Shown: one piece after another, positions 38,737-54,520 of the stretch
Layout of the letters: every line of letters begins with the position of its first letter
Numbering within the stretch: the stretch's first letter is position 1
Origin: Octopus bimaculoides
Lineage: Eukaryota
Length of the DNA: 64,000 nt
Direction of reading: 5' to 3'
Assembly (NCBI RefSeq): GCF_001194135.2
Contig: NC_068992.1
Location: forward strand, 26,287,843-26,351,842
Made by a program: the position numbers and the translations under genes
The notes under the pieces: generated by a model
What the model was told of the DNA's origin: nothing
Databases searched by the model: none
The model's input: only the letters and a program-made list of their open reading frames with translations

Positions 38737-39164
38737 TACATGATCACAATAGAAATTTGTCATTTTCAGGAATAATTTTCAGATAACGTGTTTATAATGT
38801 GCCAGCTGTTACTCCTCGTCTTCTATAAAAAATATGAGGGCAAGCGTGAGACCGTTACCGATATTTTCGTTTGACGGAATTGTTCGAACTGAACAGTATG
38901 TCAATGCGCTAATTAGATTGAAATACATACATTCAGAATTCAGATCTCACCAACGTAAACACAACCTTTCATATATCCACTGTCGAAAAACCAATATACT
39001 GATATTGGTGTATCTGACCATGCCACGGATCAATATACGAGATCCTCGGACCTAATGAATTACCCATATTTCAAGGTAAGAAACACTAAAAACCTTTGTC
39101 AACTCTTGAGAACAAACATTTTCGAATACAGTTCGATTCCAGGCAGTGACCTATATAATAATAA

Positions 39165-39173
39165 TAATGATAC

Positions 39174-39243
<70 letters not shown>
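39165..39243. repeat. (AAT)n microsatellite
   Basis: Directly visible. Confidence 0.95.
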
Positions 39244-39245
<2 letters not shown>

Positions 39246-39294
39246 TATCGAAAAATACCTTAGGAATGAGAACTCAGGTTTGAAATTTCCCCAA

Positions 39295-39340
39295 GACACC
39301 TGATGAAGGCTGGTGGGTATATCAGCCGAAAATTTGTGTT
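39295..39340 (+). ncRNA. Minimal type I hammerhead ribozyme motif (Penelope-associated type)
   Basis: Stem I GACAC/GTGTT; core CTGATGA at 39300-39306 plus one extra A; stem II GGCTGG/TCAGCC; GAA-A at 39328-39331; palindromic AATT in place of stem III. Confidence 0.65.
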
Positions 39341-39480
39341 AACAACAAACAAGATGAGGCCAAATATCCGTCAAATGGAAATATTGTAAATAATGAAACA
39401 TTTTCTATTCTTATGGGCAACAAGAATGAACTTCCATATTTACATTTCATTAAATTTACTGCTGCATCATTCCTAACAGA

Positions 39481-40952
<1,472 letters not shown>

Positions 40953-40954
40953 AA

Positions 40955-41428
40955 AAACAGGAAATGTCACATAAAATGAGAAAGCAACCATACTATGGGA
41001 TATGCCAATACACACAGATACGGAAATTAAGGCCAATAGGCCAGATATAGTTGTCAGAGATCATGAAGGAAAAAAATGCTTTCTAATTGATGTATCAATA
41101 CCAATAGATGACAACGTTTCTCTCAAAGAAATGGAGAAACTTTCAAAATACAAAGACGTGGAAATAGAGGTAACTCGAATATGGAGTCTAAAAACAGAAA
41201 CAATTCCTATCATAATGGGTGCATTAGGTATGATGAAAAGAGTATTGAGGTAAATACATAACCAAAACACCATGACTAACAAATATATATAACATACAGA
41301 AAATAGCACTACTAAGCACTGTACACATGCTAGGCAAAACACTGTCAATACAGTAACCATAAGAGCATCACAGCAAACCACAGCACATACCCAAAGTTAC
41401 ACAGAGCTGTGCTCGGTAGTGCAATGAA
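40955..41428 (+). mobile_element. R4/Dong-type LINE RLE domain and 3' end
   Basis: NEKATILWDMPIHTDTEIKANRPDIVVRD..KCFLIDVSIP..KEMEKLSKYKDVEIEV..IPIIMGALG (PD-(D/E)xK-type RLE). Confidence 0.85.
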
Positions 41429-41429
41429 G

Positions 41430-41730
41430 ACAACGTCCGTGTTTCCGCGATCCTGGTCTTACAGATCCTGGTCCCTTGGTGGCTGACGATATGTACATCT
41501 CTGATCACGAGCAGGGCTACTCGACCTGAAGAAAATTCTAACTGGGTCCCAACTGCAAGGTCATGCGGTGTTTATCTTGATATGAGATCACCATGTCACG
41601 CATATATGGTTGTGATGCATTTGCCTGGTGTACCCTTATCACATGGGTAGTCATGATGGGTATACTGGGCTTCGTATATTTTCCTCCAGAGTCACTTTCA
41701 TGGCATGCACTGCTCTCGCACTCAATAACA
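41430..41730 (+). mobile_element. Unclassified interspersed repeat, probably a retroelement 3' end with (TAG)n tail
   Basis: Non-coding, GC-richer segment ending CTCTCGCACTCAATAAC then (TAG)n; family not identified. Confidence 0.4.
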
Positions 41731-41745
41731 TTAGTAGTAGTAGTG

Positions 41746-41797
<52 letters not shown>

Positions 41798-41849
41798 ATA
41801 ACTGGTAATCAACGACGACGAAGTTATAGAGGATAATGTTAAATGAGTT

Positions 41850-41893
<44 letters not shown>

Positions 41894-42498
41894 GNNNNNN
41901 NNNNNNNNNNNNNNNNNNNNNNNNNNNNNNNNNNNNNNNNNNNNNNNNNNNNNNNNNNNNNNNNNNNNNNNNNNNNNNNNNNNNNNNNNNNNNNNNNNNN
42001 NNNNNNNNNNNNNNNNNNNNNNNNNNNNNNNNNNNNNNNNNNNNNNNNNNNNNNNNNNNNNNNNNNNNNNNNNNNNNNNNNNNNNNNNNNNNNNNNNNNN
42101 NNNNNNNNNNNNNNNNNNNNNNNNNNNNNNNNNNNNNNNNNNNNNNNNNNNNNNNNNNNNNNNNNNNNNNNNNNNNNNNNNNNNNNNNNNNNNNNNNNNN
42201 NNNNNNNNNNNNNNNNNNNNNNNNNNNNNNNNNNNNNNNNNNNNNNNNNNNNNNNNNNNNNNNNNNNNNNNNNNNNNNNNNNNNNNNNNNNNNNNNNNNN
42301 NNNNNCAGACAGACAGACAGGCAGAGACAGAGACAGAGACAGAGAGAGAGAGAGTGAGACAGAGAGAGACATAGAGAGACAGAGAGACAGAGAAAGAGAC
42401 AGAGAGACAGAGAGACAGAGAGACAGAGAGACAAAGAGACAGAGAGACAGAGACAGAGAGAGAGACAGAGAGAGAGAGACAGAGAGATAGAGAGAGAC

Positions 42499-42541
<43 letters not shown>

Positions 42542-42545
42542 CAGA
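41850..42545. repeat. (AG)n/(AGAC)n low-complexity array spanning an N-gap
   Basis: Directly visible either side of gap 41895-42305. Confidence 0.9.
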
Positions 42546-43439
42546 TATAAACAGAAACAGCGCAATAGAGATAGTGAAAGAGACAGAACATTTGCAGACA
42601 GGTTTATGGTGACAATGTGAGAGGAAGTGTGGTCAACAATAATGGTGATGGTTTTGGCAGTGTGTTGGCTGTTTCTTTTGGTAGACATGTTACTGTTGGT
42701 AGTTGTAGTAGCGGCATGTGTTTCTTGTGAAAGCCTTGCTTGCTGGTGACATTGACGTTTACGTGAGTAATCGTATTAATGGTGATCATGGCGAATGGGA
42801 ATTAGTGTTGAGGATAGTAAATGTTGCTGGTGGTCATGTGACTGTGCTGAAGTTTTCTGGAAAGTCATCAGAGATTTAATTCTTTTTAAAATTGGATCTC
42901 AGAAAATATTCCAAAACTGATAAAAAATGGGAACTGCAATATGTTGAATCAATACTCTATAAATGTATCTCTAGATTGATATGTAATCGATATATTTAAC
43001 TAGATAATTTAGCGCAGCACAGTTGGAAGTTCCATACGTTCTGTTTGAAGCTCCACATATTGAACAATATTCTTTGAATACGTATGTGTATCGTGGTTTG
43101 AACTTGACAGCCAATAATAATTTGAAATGCAATAATTTAAAGTATCTTCTTTCCACGGGGAAATGTGTGTGTGAACGCGTGGTTAAAGCTAGACAGAAAA
43201 AATCTATAACTTGGTTTAAGTTTTGCAAGAAAATTCTTTCATTTTACTCCGGTTGTCTTAAAAGTTTCCACATGCACGAAGAGTTATCTTGAATAGAAAC
43301 TCTATACTTTTATATCCGCTACGTACCCTAAGTAAATAATGAGTAATATTGATAAAATTCTCCAAATTTATAAGGATACTTATATATATATATATATACG
43401 TATATGTATACATACACTTACATGCAAATGTGCACACAC

Positions 43440-43477
<38 letters not shown>

Positions 43478-43824
43478 GGGGGGNNNNNNNNNNNNNNNNN
43501 NNNNNNNNNNNNNNNNNNNNNNNNNNNNNNNNNNNNNNNNNNNNNNNNNNNNNNNNNNNNNNNNNNNNNNNNNNNNNNNNNNNNNNNNNNNNNNNNNNNN
43601 NNNNNNNNNNNNNNNNNNNNNNNNNNNNNNNNNNNNNNNNNNNNNNNNNNNNNNNNNNNNNNNNNNNNNNNNNNNNNNNNNNNNNNNNNNNNNNNNNNNN
43701 NNNNNNNNNNNNNNNNNNNNNNNNNNNNNNNNNNNNNNNNNNNNNNNNNNNNNNNNNNNNNNNNNNNNNNNNNNNNNNNNNNNNNNNNNNNNNNNNNNNN
43801 NNNNNNNNNNNNNNNNNNNNNNNN

Positions 43825-43868
<44 letters not shown>

Positions 43869-44170
43869 GCGCGCGGATATTGCCGGGTATATAATACCAC
43901 TTGCTAAAATCAGAGCCAGGGCTCGAAAACCACCAGGAGCTCACAATAAATATACACACTAGCAATGCAATGAACATATGAGTAATAGGCTTACCATTGC
44001 GTTGAATTGATTTCACCCGCTGTATGACCATTTCAGCAAGTGGCATTATATATCCTACTGTATCTAAATTTACCATATATCGTGCCTGTCATGGTGTGAA
44101 CTTTGTGGGCACCTTATTATTGCCTTATTAAAAACATTAATAACGGTAATAATACATCTTCATTTAAAAT

Positions 44171-44203
<33 letters not shown>

Positions 44204-44254
44204 ATGTGTATATATGTGTGAGTGTGTATATATATATATGTGTGTGTGTGTATG

Positions 44255-44288
<34 letters not shown>

Positions 44289-44408
44289 TGTATGAATGGG
44301 TCTATGCATATATATATGTGTGTGTGTGTAGACATGGATATTATTAGATATATTTTATAATACATGCATATATTAATGGAAGAATAAACGTATACGTTCA
44401 TCTATCAA

Positions 44409-44657
44409 GCCGTGTGAGTAAGTGGTTAGACTATTTGGCTCAAGATAGTCAGATCGTGGATTCGATTCCCGGCAGTGCATTGTTTCCTTGAGCAAGACAC
44501 TTTACTTCACGTTGTTCCAGTCCACTCGGCCGGCAAAATTGAGTAGTACTTTTATTTCAAAGGGCCAGCCACTTTCACGTTACTTTCAGGAGCGAGTTCT
44601 TCCATTGACAGAAATAACTGGAAAACTCATCGTCGTAACCGACGGAGTGCCGACAAC
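44409..44657 (+). mobile_element. SINE family A copy, internally deleted
   Basis: AGTAAGTGGTTAG A box, GGATTCGATTCCC B box, TTTCCTTGAGCAAGACACTTTACTTCAC, tail GTCGTAACCGACGGAGTGC. Confidence 0.8.
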
Positions 44658-44674
44658 ACCAAGACATAGAATAT

Positions 44675-45612
44675 AAAATGATTCAAATTGAAATTGTTGG
44701 TGAGATCCAGGCCATGATTGACAACGATCCCTCCAAGTCAATCAGGTCCCTCTCCAGGGACATGCGAGTGTCTGAGTGTCTTATCAAGCAGGCATTGCAT
44801 GAAATTATTCGGTATTCTTCACACAATACAGAAAGGGTAGATTTTTATGCCAAGTCATCAAGAACAAGAGGAAAGACCGCGCTACGAAGGTTTTGAACAA
44901 GCTCAGGCATTCTCTCAAACCGAACATTCTTTGGTCTTTCTCAGACGAGAATAATTTCTACCAGGGTCAGATGGGGAACACACAGAACAACCATTGGTTT
45001 TCCGTGTCCCCAAAACGTGTACCGAGAGTGATAGAAATCAAACATTCAGTCATCGTCATGGAGTTTGGAGTGATCACTAACGATGGTGACATTATGCCTC
45101 CATTGATCTTCCTACACGGAGGCATACATCAAGTGCTTGCATGAGGTAATGCTCTCCTGGGACAAGAGGGTGGCTGCTGGAAGACCGTATATCTAGCAAC
45201 AGGATTCTGCACCATGGCACAGAAGCAGGAGAAACCAGTCATGGCTGTCACAATTTCTGGCCACCTAACTCCCAGACTGCAACCCTCTTGGTTATTATGT
45301 GTGTGGCGCGGTTGACGGAGCGACCAACAAAACTCCTTTTAACACCAAAGATGAACTGAAGGCAAGGATTATGGCAGCATTCATCATTTTAAACGAGGAG
45401 ACCGTCCAGCATTCACCAGTTTCAACAAGGAGACTATCCAGAAGTTATCTGGAGGCCATGGTTGAAGCCAATTGCGATTTTATCGGGTAAATTTACTTTT
45501 TATTTCAAGATATTTTTATGTAATGTTTTGTAAATAGATATGCTAAAATGAGATGTGAGTGTTAATTACATTTTTGCGTGATTTTGACGACAAATGTATT
45601 TACCGCAGACTG
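44675..45612 (+). mobile_element. Decayed maT/DD37D-like Tc1/mariner element, 5' end missing
   Basis: IQAMIDNDPSKSIRSLSRDM, WSFSDENNF..NTQNNHW, VMEFGVITNDGDIMPP, QQDSAP, WPPNSPDCNPL.YYVCGAV, NTKDELKARI, LEAMVEANCDFI. Confidence 0.85.
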
Positions 45613-45728
45613 GTTTCTCCTGCTTCAGTGGCATGATGCAGCGTCTAGAGCGTCGTATATTATCGACTGTTGTTTCCAGTAAATATAGTGCATTGCTGTG
45701 ACACTATCTTATATATATNNNNNNNNNN

Positions 45729-45761
<33 letters not shown>

Positions 45762-47236
45762 TGTGGGTGTAGAGAGATACATACATACGTATCGTAGGAG
45801 CACTCAGTTATAACTGACGTGGTGGCTAACTGCATTCACCTGCAAAGAGCACCAAGGCGTATTTAAGAAATTACAATGTTTTTCATCGATGAGTAAGTCC
45901 TGGGTTCGCTTCGCTTTATTATGAATACTTTTGTTATGACTAATCGAAAGTCACTCGATATAAATGCTATGACGAGATAGTTATGCAGCAGAAAGGTGCG
46001 TGGAATATATTTAAGCCAATGATGCTATATATTTGACTATATGCCGATGTACTAATCTCTGTAATCATCGTTAATTGTCTTATATATATATAAGGTAGAA
46101 AATATTTCAGTGGGGAAACACACGTGGTGGATATAAATAGAGAAAGAGATAAGATTAAAAAACACGGAAGATTTGTTTTACAAGATTCAAGAGTATATTA
46201 GAACCGTGAAAATAAAGATGATATACAATTTTGCACAAGATAAGGTTTTGTTCTATCAACATACTTAAAATAAGTCCGGATTCGCAGAGAACATAAAAAA
46301 CTAAAACATAAAATTTACAGATTTACCTCCCCTTTATTGCAAAATAAATGAGTGAACAATTATCTCCCCTAGCAATAATTTTGCCCCTATCAATTTCTCT
46401 CTTAAACTCGCAGCTTGATGAGCAACACGAAACCGGTTATTCAATTATATTGAAAGAGCAAAACCTTGTTTTGTTCAAAATTGTATAAAATCTTTCTTAT
46501 CATGGCTCTAATATACTCTAAAATCTTGTAAAACAAATCTGTTTTTTTAGTGAAATATAAAATTATTATTTATACATAAAAATAGGGGTGGGGTGCTGAG
46601 GGTACTACGTAGCTATGAGGGGGCGGTGGCCCACCAAATTTTAGAACTTCTGGTATAGAGTAACTGACAAGTAATGGAATTTTGCAAGATCACAATTCAA
46701 TGGAGAATATTTCATAATGATATAGTACACGTTTGCGAAATTAGATGAAAGTTAACAGTTGTATAATTACGGGGATCGAAAAATAACAACGGCTATAAAT
46801 GAATATATTAAACGAATATATATATTAATAATAAAAGGGTAAAATTAATTAAATTAATTAATTGATCATTCAATTAATTGAATAGTGTATTCACATTCGG
46901 GTGTGTAAATTTTGGAAGTGTTGGTTGGATATCTGTTGCACGATGTCGCTCGATCGTGTCCATATTTAACCCTAGGCACTTTCATATTTTATAATTGGAA
47001 ATGCTACACTGAAGAGAGAAGTAAGTAAATTAAACACTTTAATCTCGAAAGGCGTCTGTGGCTAATCGGAGTCGTGTAGATTCATTTTTTTTTCTCTTTG
47101 CCTACGCAAAAAAAGTGTTACTGACGTGGAGATTCTTATAGAAGTCGAAAAGGAATTTTTAACTCCTATTTCAAAATTCGGTATGTGGTGAAGCAATTAG
47201 CTGAAATTATAATTATGTTTATAATTATAGAATATT

Positions 47237-47274
<38 letters not shown>

Positions 47275-47275
<1 letters not shown>

Positions 47276-47438
47276 TGCAAACAACTCGCACATGCAAGTG
47301 CTACCAGTCGAGAACTCCGCTTCCCAGAAACTAGCAAGTGTATGGGGTCATCAGGAGAGAACGCGCGCCGTTTCGGGGCCTACCTCTCGACGGCATCAAT
47401 GCGCACCGGCCCCCCCTCACTGATATGCTAGATCAACT
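47275..47438 (-). mobile_element. Short 5'-truncated copy of the Hero-like LINE 3' UTR
   Basis: Reverse complement aligns to about 62266-62436 (AGTTGATCTAGCA...GCCGTCGAGAGGTAGGCCCC...CACTTGCATGTGC); 3' end abuts (TA)n. Confidence 0.85.
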
Positions 47439-47458
47439 ATACATTAACGTTAATTTTT

Positions 47459-47890
47459 TTATTGCTTCAGTCATATGACACCTTGAAGGATTTTTAGTCG
47501 AACAGATCGACCCCCAGGACTCTTTTAAAATCTGATAAGTATTGTATCGATATCTTTTGCCGACCCACTCATTCACAGGAATGTAAACAGACTAACATCA
47601 GTTATAAAGCGATGGTGGGGGACAATAACAAATATAAACACACACACATACATATATATACATATATATGTGTGTGTTTGCGTGTGTCAGTTTGTGTGTG
47701 TGTGTGTATAACGTGAATAAACAGCAAATTTGCTTTATATACATATATATATATATATATATATGTATACGACAGACTTCTTTCAGTTTCCCTCTACCTA
47801 ATCGACTTACTAGACGGCTCATTGCGGTTGTAGAAGACACTTGCCAAAAGTTCCACGCAGTGGGGCTGAACCCGGCTTCTTACCACACAC
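47459..47890 (-). mobile_element. SINE family C copy, diverged
   Basis: GTGTGGTAAGAAG head, GGCAAGTGTCTTCTAC, GAAACTGAAAGAAGTC, internal TA/TG tract, GGGGTCGATCTGTTCGACT. Confidence 0.75.
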
Positions 47891-48249
47891 GCGAGTACAT
47901 GTTATTGCCTGTCCTGATACCTCTTTGTATGTGTCTGTATGTACCGCTGTTACATGTTTTCGAGAATTTAGAAACTGCATATAGAAAGTATTTACAATTT
48001 ATTCATTTGATTAATAAACAACATGGCTGTATACATTCTTTGCACGAGCAATCTTTCTTCCGTTTACGAACGTTTATACACACGCCACCGCACATTTACT
48101 TTTCGGAATTTAGCTTGTGTTTCCTGTTATAATATTCGATAGAGTTACCAAAGGATTTGGAACTTCAAGCACTTTTTTTTTCTATTCATTTCTGTTATAT
48201 TTTTTCTTACTTTGTTTGTTTCTTTATTCATGCAGATGTGATATCACTG

Positions 48250-48286
<37 letters not shown>

Positions 48287-49126
48287 GATGCATATATANN
48301 NNNNNNNNNNNNNNNNNNNNNNNNNNNNNNNNNNNNNNNNNNNNNNNNNNNTATATATATATATATATATATATATGAATCTCTCTAAAGCAATGAGTGG
48401 CATAACTTTATTCAAGACCTCACTTATGAGTTGAAAGTTAGAAGCGAAAATCCGTATAAATGAAAACGAAACTGACAATATGACATTTCATTGCATTTGC
48501 TTTCACTTTGAAAGGTCCCTTAGTAACAAAGAAATGGATAAAATATATTTTTTTTTTCCTTTTTTTGAACTGTAAACAAACGACACTTATGGACTTTTCA
48601 ACAAATGGGAATATAATATGCAAGAAATACATATATAAAACAGGAAATTATTAACCTACTCTGTTTCTGAATATAAGTATTTCCTATACCATAAAACTGT
48701 GTTTTCATATATATTATTAATTCAGTATGGATTTTTCTATCAATAAATGTGAATGTACAGGAATTTATTATTTTATATCCGTATGAATCTTTTTCTTCTA
48801 TCCACACTCAATGTTTGTTTCGTATTCCCAATAGTGGCACTAAACAACTAAATCACCTTCACATCTTAATAAAACCTTTAACATGAATTTTATTAAAAAA
48901 AAACTTCTATTGAGTTTTTTAAAAAAAAACAAAAGAAAACAAGACGCAGTTTAATCCTTCAAACTGGCGCTTCCCACAGGTAATGTTAGATAGCAAACAG
49001 ATTGAAAGCGAAACATTTACCGATATACAATGAACCATCATGTGTGCCATTCAGAACGTAGCACATTATTACAAATAAAAACTGACATAAAATATTGTTC
49101 ATGTTCATGTTGTCCTCCTCTTCCAC

Positions 49127-49127
<1 letters not shown>

Positions 49128-49194
<67 letters not shown>

Positions 49195-49208
49195 TATCAT
49201 CATCATCA
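49128..49208. repeat. (CAT)n microsatellite
   Basis: Directly visible. Confidence 0.95.
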
Positions 49209-51392
49209 TCTTTTTCTTCTTTTCCTTTCTTTTATTTGATATCCTTCCCATCCTAATGTTGCTGTTTTACTTCTTTTCTTTAAGTTTCTCCTCATTCTTT
49301 TTGTTCTGCTAATTTTTAATATTATTCCTCGAGTCGCTATGTATGGTGATGATAATTGTGAGCATGAGGAAGACAACGTTGTTGATAAAGATAATAATAT
49401 TGAAAGAGATTGCAGAACTGATAGAGGTTGTAGTGAACGTAGCTGAACTGATTCAAATGAAAGCAGTGGTGGAAACTACCAAAGTAACTTTGGAGACCAC
49501 CGAGTTAACGGTGGAAGTGATTTCGATAGCAGAAGCGAAGGTTCAATTGTGGATGGTAATGGTGGAGTTAACTGACGTTCTTTTGGTGATACGGGTTAGG
49601 GTAATGGTAATGATGATGTTTGAAGCAATAATTACGATTACGAAAGTGAAGGTTGTTGTGGTTATTGTAACCGTGGTGAAGATTTTACTGGTACAGACTC
49701 GGTTTTTATTTGTGGCAATATTATTGATAGTAAGTGGAAGATATTTGAGGTACGAGGAGTATTGAAAGTTTCGTAGCTCCGAGTAAACGAAAATACAGCA
49801 AGATCAGTTAATTATGATTCTATTCAACATGCTCTCCTCGCAGATTCACACACTTATTCTGGCGATCTTTCAGCTTTTCTCAGCCATGTAAAAGACTCGG
49901 AGGTTTGGACACCCAGCCAGGCCTCTCGCGATATTCTTAAAGCTAGGTAATTTTCAGCATCTCCTCGTAGTATTGACCATGGTTAAAGTGGTGCCTGCGG
50001 TGTAGTTGTGGCAATGGTTAATAATCATCTTGGTTGGTTTTTATGATGGAAGAATGTTCGTTGTGGCGAGCGTACTAATGGTTGCGGGTACGGAGAGCAT
50101 TGTAGTAGTGGGGCTGATTGATGGCGTTTATGGTTGTTTGGAATCCTGCGGGGATTGAGCTCGGTATTTGTGGTGATGGTGGAAGGTTAGCAAGGAAGTA
50201 AGACAGAGGCCGTGGTGATGGATAGAGCGGTGTTGTATTCGTAGTATTTTCTTTTTTATATCTATGTTAGGTGATCCGTCATGTGAAAGGAAGTTGAGAC
50301 ATAAAATATTCGTTTTTAATATTGATTTTCCGATGCCTGAATCCACTCATTCAGACACATACGGTGGAGAAGATGATACAATCATAAATTTGTAATATTC
50401 AAAAGGAAAGATGAATGTTTCTACTCGAGAGGATTCAAGGGACTATAAGATTGGAAAACACAAATAATTGTATCGAGACCTACATATTGAAATGTAAATA
50501 TACGTAAATATATATATATATATGTATGTATGTATATGAAGATGGGTACATTGGACAATTGATTGAAAGACAGATATACCGATAGTTATATACATACTTA
50601 TATATAAACACATACACATNNNNNNNNNNNNNNNNNNNNNNNNNNNNNNNNNNNNNNNNNNNNNNNNNNNNNNNNNNNNNNNNNNNNNNNNNNNNNNNNN
50701 NNNNNNNNNNNNNNNNNNNNNNNNNNNNNNNNNNNNNNNNNNNNNNNNNATATAATGTGTAGGTGAACGAACGAAGGAATTTTACACTAAACTAATTTTG
50801 TTGCAACTGTATTTTATACCATGTTGTTTGAACACAGTATTGTCAAAAGTACTACATTTGATTTTGAATATTGTGCCCACACCTTCAGATGTATAGAGGC
50901 GTGGTATCAGAGTGCAGAAAATTAAAAAGGTAATGACCAGCAGGTTGTAATATTTAGGGTGTTGTTGGTTTATTAAGGCCATGCGAATAACTTGGCTTCG
51001 CAGCAAAAGTAGATGGTGCCATGACGCTGTTTCTTTGGTAAAGCATAAATGATGTTAGAATCAGGTAATCGACTATCTTTAAGAGTGTAGAGTAACATTA
51101 AGACCGTTAAAACGTGTTGCCGTTGTAGTTTACTTGCCGCATATCAATTTTACAAATCAAATTTCATGTTAAATATGGCTGTTGTACAAACATGGCATGT
51201 TGTACAAAACAGATCTGTCCTGGTGAGAAACCAATAGTCACAGAAACGCATACACATGGACACACTCAAGGAAACAGAGGTACACACACACACACACTAG
51301 AAACACACACGCACTAGAAACACACACACACATGAACACACAAAATAATGAATATGAAGAATATATACATACAAACGTACACACACGCATAC

Positions 51393-51434
<42 letters not shown>

Positions 51435-51579
51435 GGATATATACACACACATACATACATACATACATTCATACATACACACATATATACGTACATACAT
51501 ATGTGTATACACATGCACACTGACGCGCACACATGCGCACAAAGGAACAAAAAAGGAAGGCAGCCCTGATAACCGAGAC

Positions 51580-52860
51580 AGTCAACCACTATTGAAAAGT
51601 TTGCAATACGCAACGAAAGTTTTAGAAAAAATAAATAAGTAAATGAATGGAAATCGAATCGGTGAGTGTGTTAATTAATAAGGCATTAAACAGAAGTAAC
51701 CAATGTAAGACTTAATTTATTAAACAAAGTTCAATAAATTTCATCAAATAAATGGAATGTAACAGATTGGATGTTAAAATGGATTATCCTTTTATCTTAT
51801 ATTCCCGGACAATTGTTTCGTAGAAAAGACTAAAATTTTCATAAAGAGAACAGCATAAAGGTCGAATTTGTACTTTTCAGTAGGTGAGATTTAAAGGAAA
51901 ATAAGAATAAACAAAAAAGACGTTTAACATATAAATAGAAATTTTTCTTAGTTATTTTGACATCACTATAGGTTCGTCAGATTCGGCTCAGGTGACAGAC
52001 CTTGTGGGTCTATATATCCTTTCTCAGATTAAGAATAGTTTTCCAAAGGTATCTGGTGGGGTCTATAGGAACGACGCTCTCAAGGCTTATCTAAACCAAA
52101 GGTTGAACGTACAAAGAAATTATTAATAACATTTGTTTTGAATTTTTTTAATCTCAATATTATATTTGACGCTAACAAAAATTCTGAATTTTTTTGAATG
52201 TCACACTAAATTTAAACACTAAGTTACGTTACCCTTGCCGGAAACCAAATCAAGCATTAAAATATATAACTGTTTCCTCTAATCATTCAAAATTAACCCT
52301 CGATAATATTTTTACGGCTATCTCTATTAGGATCTCCATCCTATCAGCAAACGAGGAGATTTTTAATGCACGTGCCCCATTTTATAATGAAGCCCTAAAC
52401 TCAAGTGTCTTTCATTATCATATTTCCTGCATTTCTGATACCAAACTCAAAATCAAATTAGCTAATCTCTCATCTGACATTAATATTGAAATCACTAATG
52501 CGATTTCTTTCTTAAATTATAAAAATATGAGAACAGCTTTTAACCATACCAAACTTCAGAACCTTCCTTTTAGTAACCGTAATAAATACAGTCCTTCTAT
52601 ATCTAAACACTCTAATGTGGTAACACGCTCTAAATCTGGGAAAAGAGAAATTGTTTGATCCCACGCCACTCATTTTCTCTTGGAGTAAAAAAATCATCAG
52701 AACTGTTCTTTAAGGTCCTGAAATTAAATTTTCCGAAGCGCCACAAATATTACCCCGTATTTAACATCCCTCTTATAAAGTTATCATATTCAATCACACC
52801 GAATTTGGAATTTATGATTGTATCCATAAATAGAATTAAACTTCTAATCACTAAAAACTT
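51580..52860 (+). mobile_element. Penelope-like element reverse transcriptase fragment, decayed
   Basis: FDITIGSSDSAQVTDLVGLYIL, GGVYRNDAL, NVTLNL...RKPNQALKYITVSSNH, ISIRISILSANEEIF...FYNEALNSS, FPKRHKYYPVFN..IKLSYS match PLE RT motifs (FDVTMGS.DGAE.C.LVGL, GLYRDDG, FLDVTL, RKPN..YI..SNHP). Core 51950-52850 is strongest; no GIY-YIG seen. Confidence 0.8.
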
Positions 52861-53303
52861 AGATCACTATAAGGTACTCCATCTTGTTCGGTACACTGTG
52901 GATTGACCAGATATTTCCCACTGTTATGCGGCCATTAAACGCGCGTAGTCTTTCTCCCACTTTCGTTTCTTAAACGTACCAGATTTTAATTCTTAGTCCA
53001 ATATTTCATAGATTTTATGTATTATAAATTCTCCTTTGTATTTTTTAGATTTTGAAACTAGTTTTGTATAGCACACTTTTCATGATGATGTCTGATCTCT
53101 TTCTTCGTACAAGTGGCACCGTGGTGGTTCTTCTCTAAATTATTTANNNNNNNNNNNNNNNNNNNNNNNNNNNNNNNNNNNNNNNNNNNNNNNNNNNNNN
53201 NNNNNNNNNNNNNNNNNNNNNNNNNNNNNNNNNNNNNNNNNNNNNNNNNNNNNNNNNNNNNNNNNNNNNNNNNNNNNNNNNNNNNNNNNNNNNNNNNNNN
53301 NNN

Positions 53304-53336
<33 letters not shown>

Positions 53337-54410
53337 TACATACATATATATAATCCGTTTTATTTAGTGATATTTACTCAAAGAATTGAAATAAGTTAGC
53401 AGCTTCCTCTGAATTACAGTTCTCATTTCTTATTTATTAGTCAATAACATCTCGTTTCTAGTAATCTCACCAAATGACAAGAAGCCGCTGTACCGTGACT
53501 GACGACTGAGTGAAAGATATGTAAAATTCATATTTGCCTTGTGAATCCGTTGTTAATTTACGAATATGTCTTTGTTTGTAGAATAAAATCTGTATCTTAA
53601 GCTTCGAATATATGTAAGCTTTGTGTATTGCTGTGATCCACCTTGTTTAATAGTTTATACATGTCATAATAGTGTATATGTATCATATATAGATTCGAAT
53701 ATAAATAAGAGATTTGCATCATGTTCATGTTGACTCTTCTATGAATTTGGAAGTAGTTATGAAAGTATGACACGAAAATATTAGATATCCGGGTCATAAT
53801 TCTCCAAATGTGGCACATATTTTTATAAGCTACAAGCTTCTCTGCGTAAGTTTTCCAATGGTATTAGAGTTTCTTGGGAATCTTGCAACTCTATTAATGA
53901 ATAACATATAATACCTTCCAATCTCTCACAAGAAGCAAGTAGACACGTTTCTAGAAGATTCGAGATCAATTGAAATAATTATGAATTTACAGGTGTATTC
54001 ATTATAATGTCTATTCCTAATTATTTATATATATATATATATATCTTCTTTTGTAGAACGAATTCTATTTGTAACATTCTGGACATACATACACATAAAT
54101 ACAGACACAGAAATATATCTAAATAGATATGTGCGTGTGTATGAGTGCATAAATATATGCCAATATATATAGATTTGCGTATGTGTGTGCGAGTTTAAGC
54201 GTACATGTATTGAGAACCTTCCATTTAAAACATATAGGGACATACCCAAATAAATGGGCATCTCGTTGCATATATACATACCAATACATGGAGTATAAAA
54301 ATATACACACAAATGCATCCACACATATTCAGATATATACACATAGACATATATACATTTATGTCAACTTATACATTATATATACATACATACATACACA
54401 CACACACATC

Positions 54411-54458
<48 letters not shown>

Positions 54459-54520
54459 GATATATAAATGTGTGTGTGTGTACGTGTGTATATATATATA
54501 CACATATATGTATGTGTGTG

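Noticed and set aside
47340-47385. GAAAC and CTGATGA on the minus strand of the short Hero 3' UTR copy, suggesting a hammerhead
   Set aside because: The flanks cannot form stems I and II, and CTGATGA is absent in the 62-kb copy.
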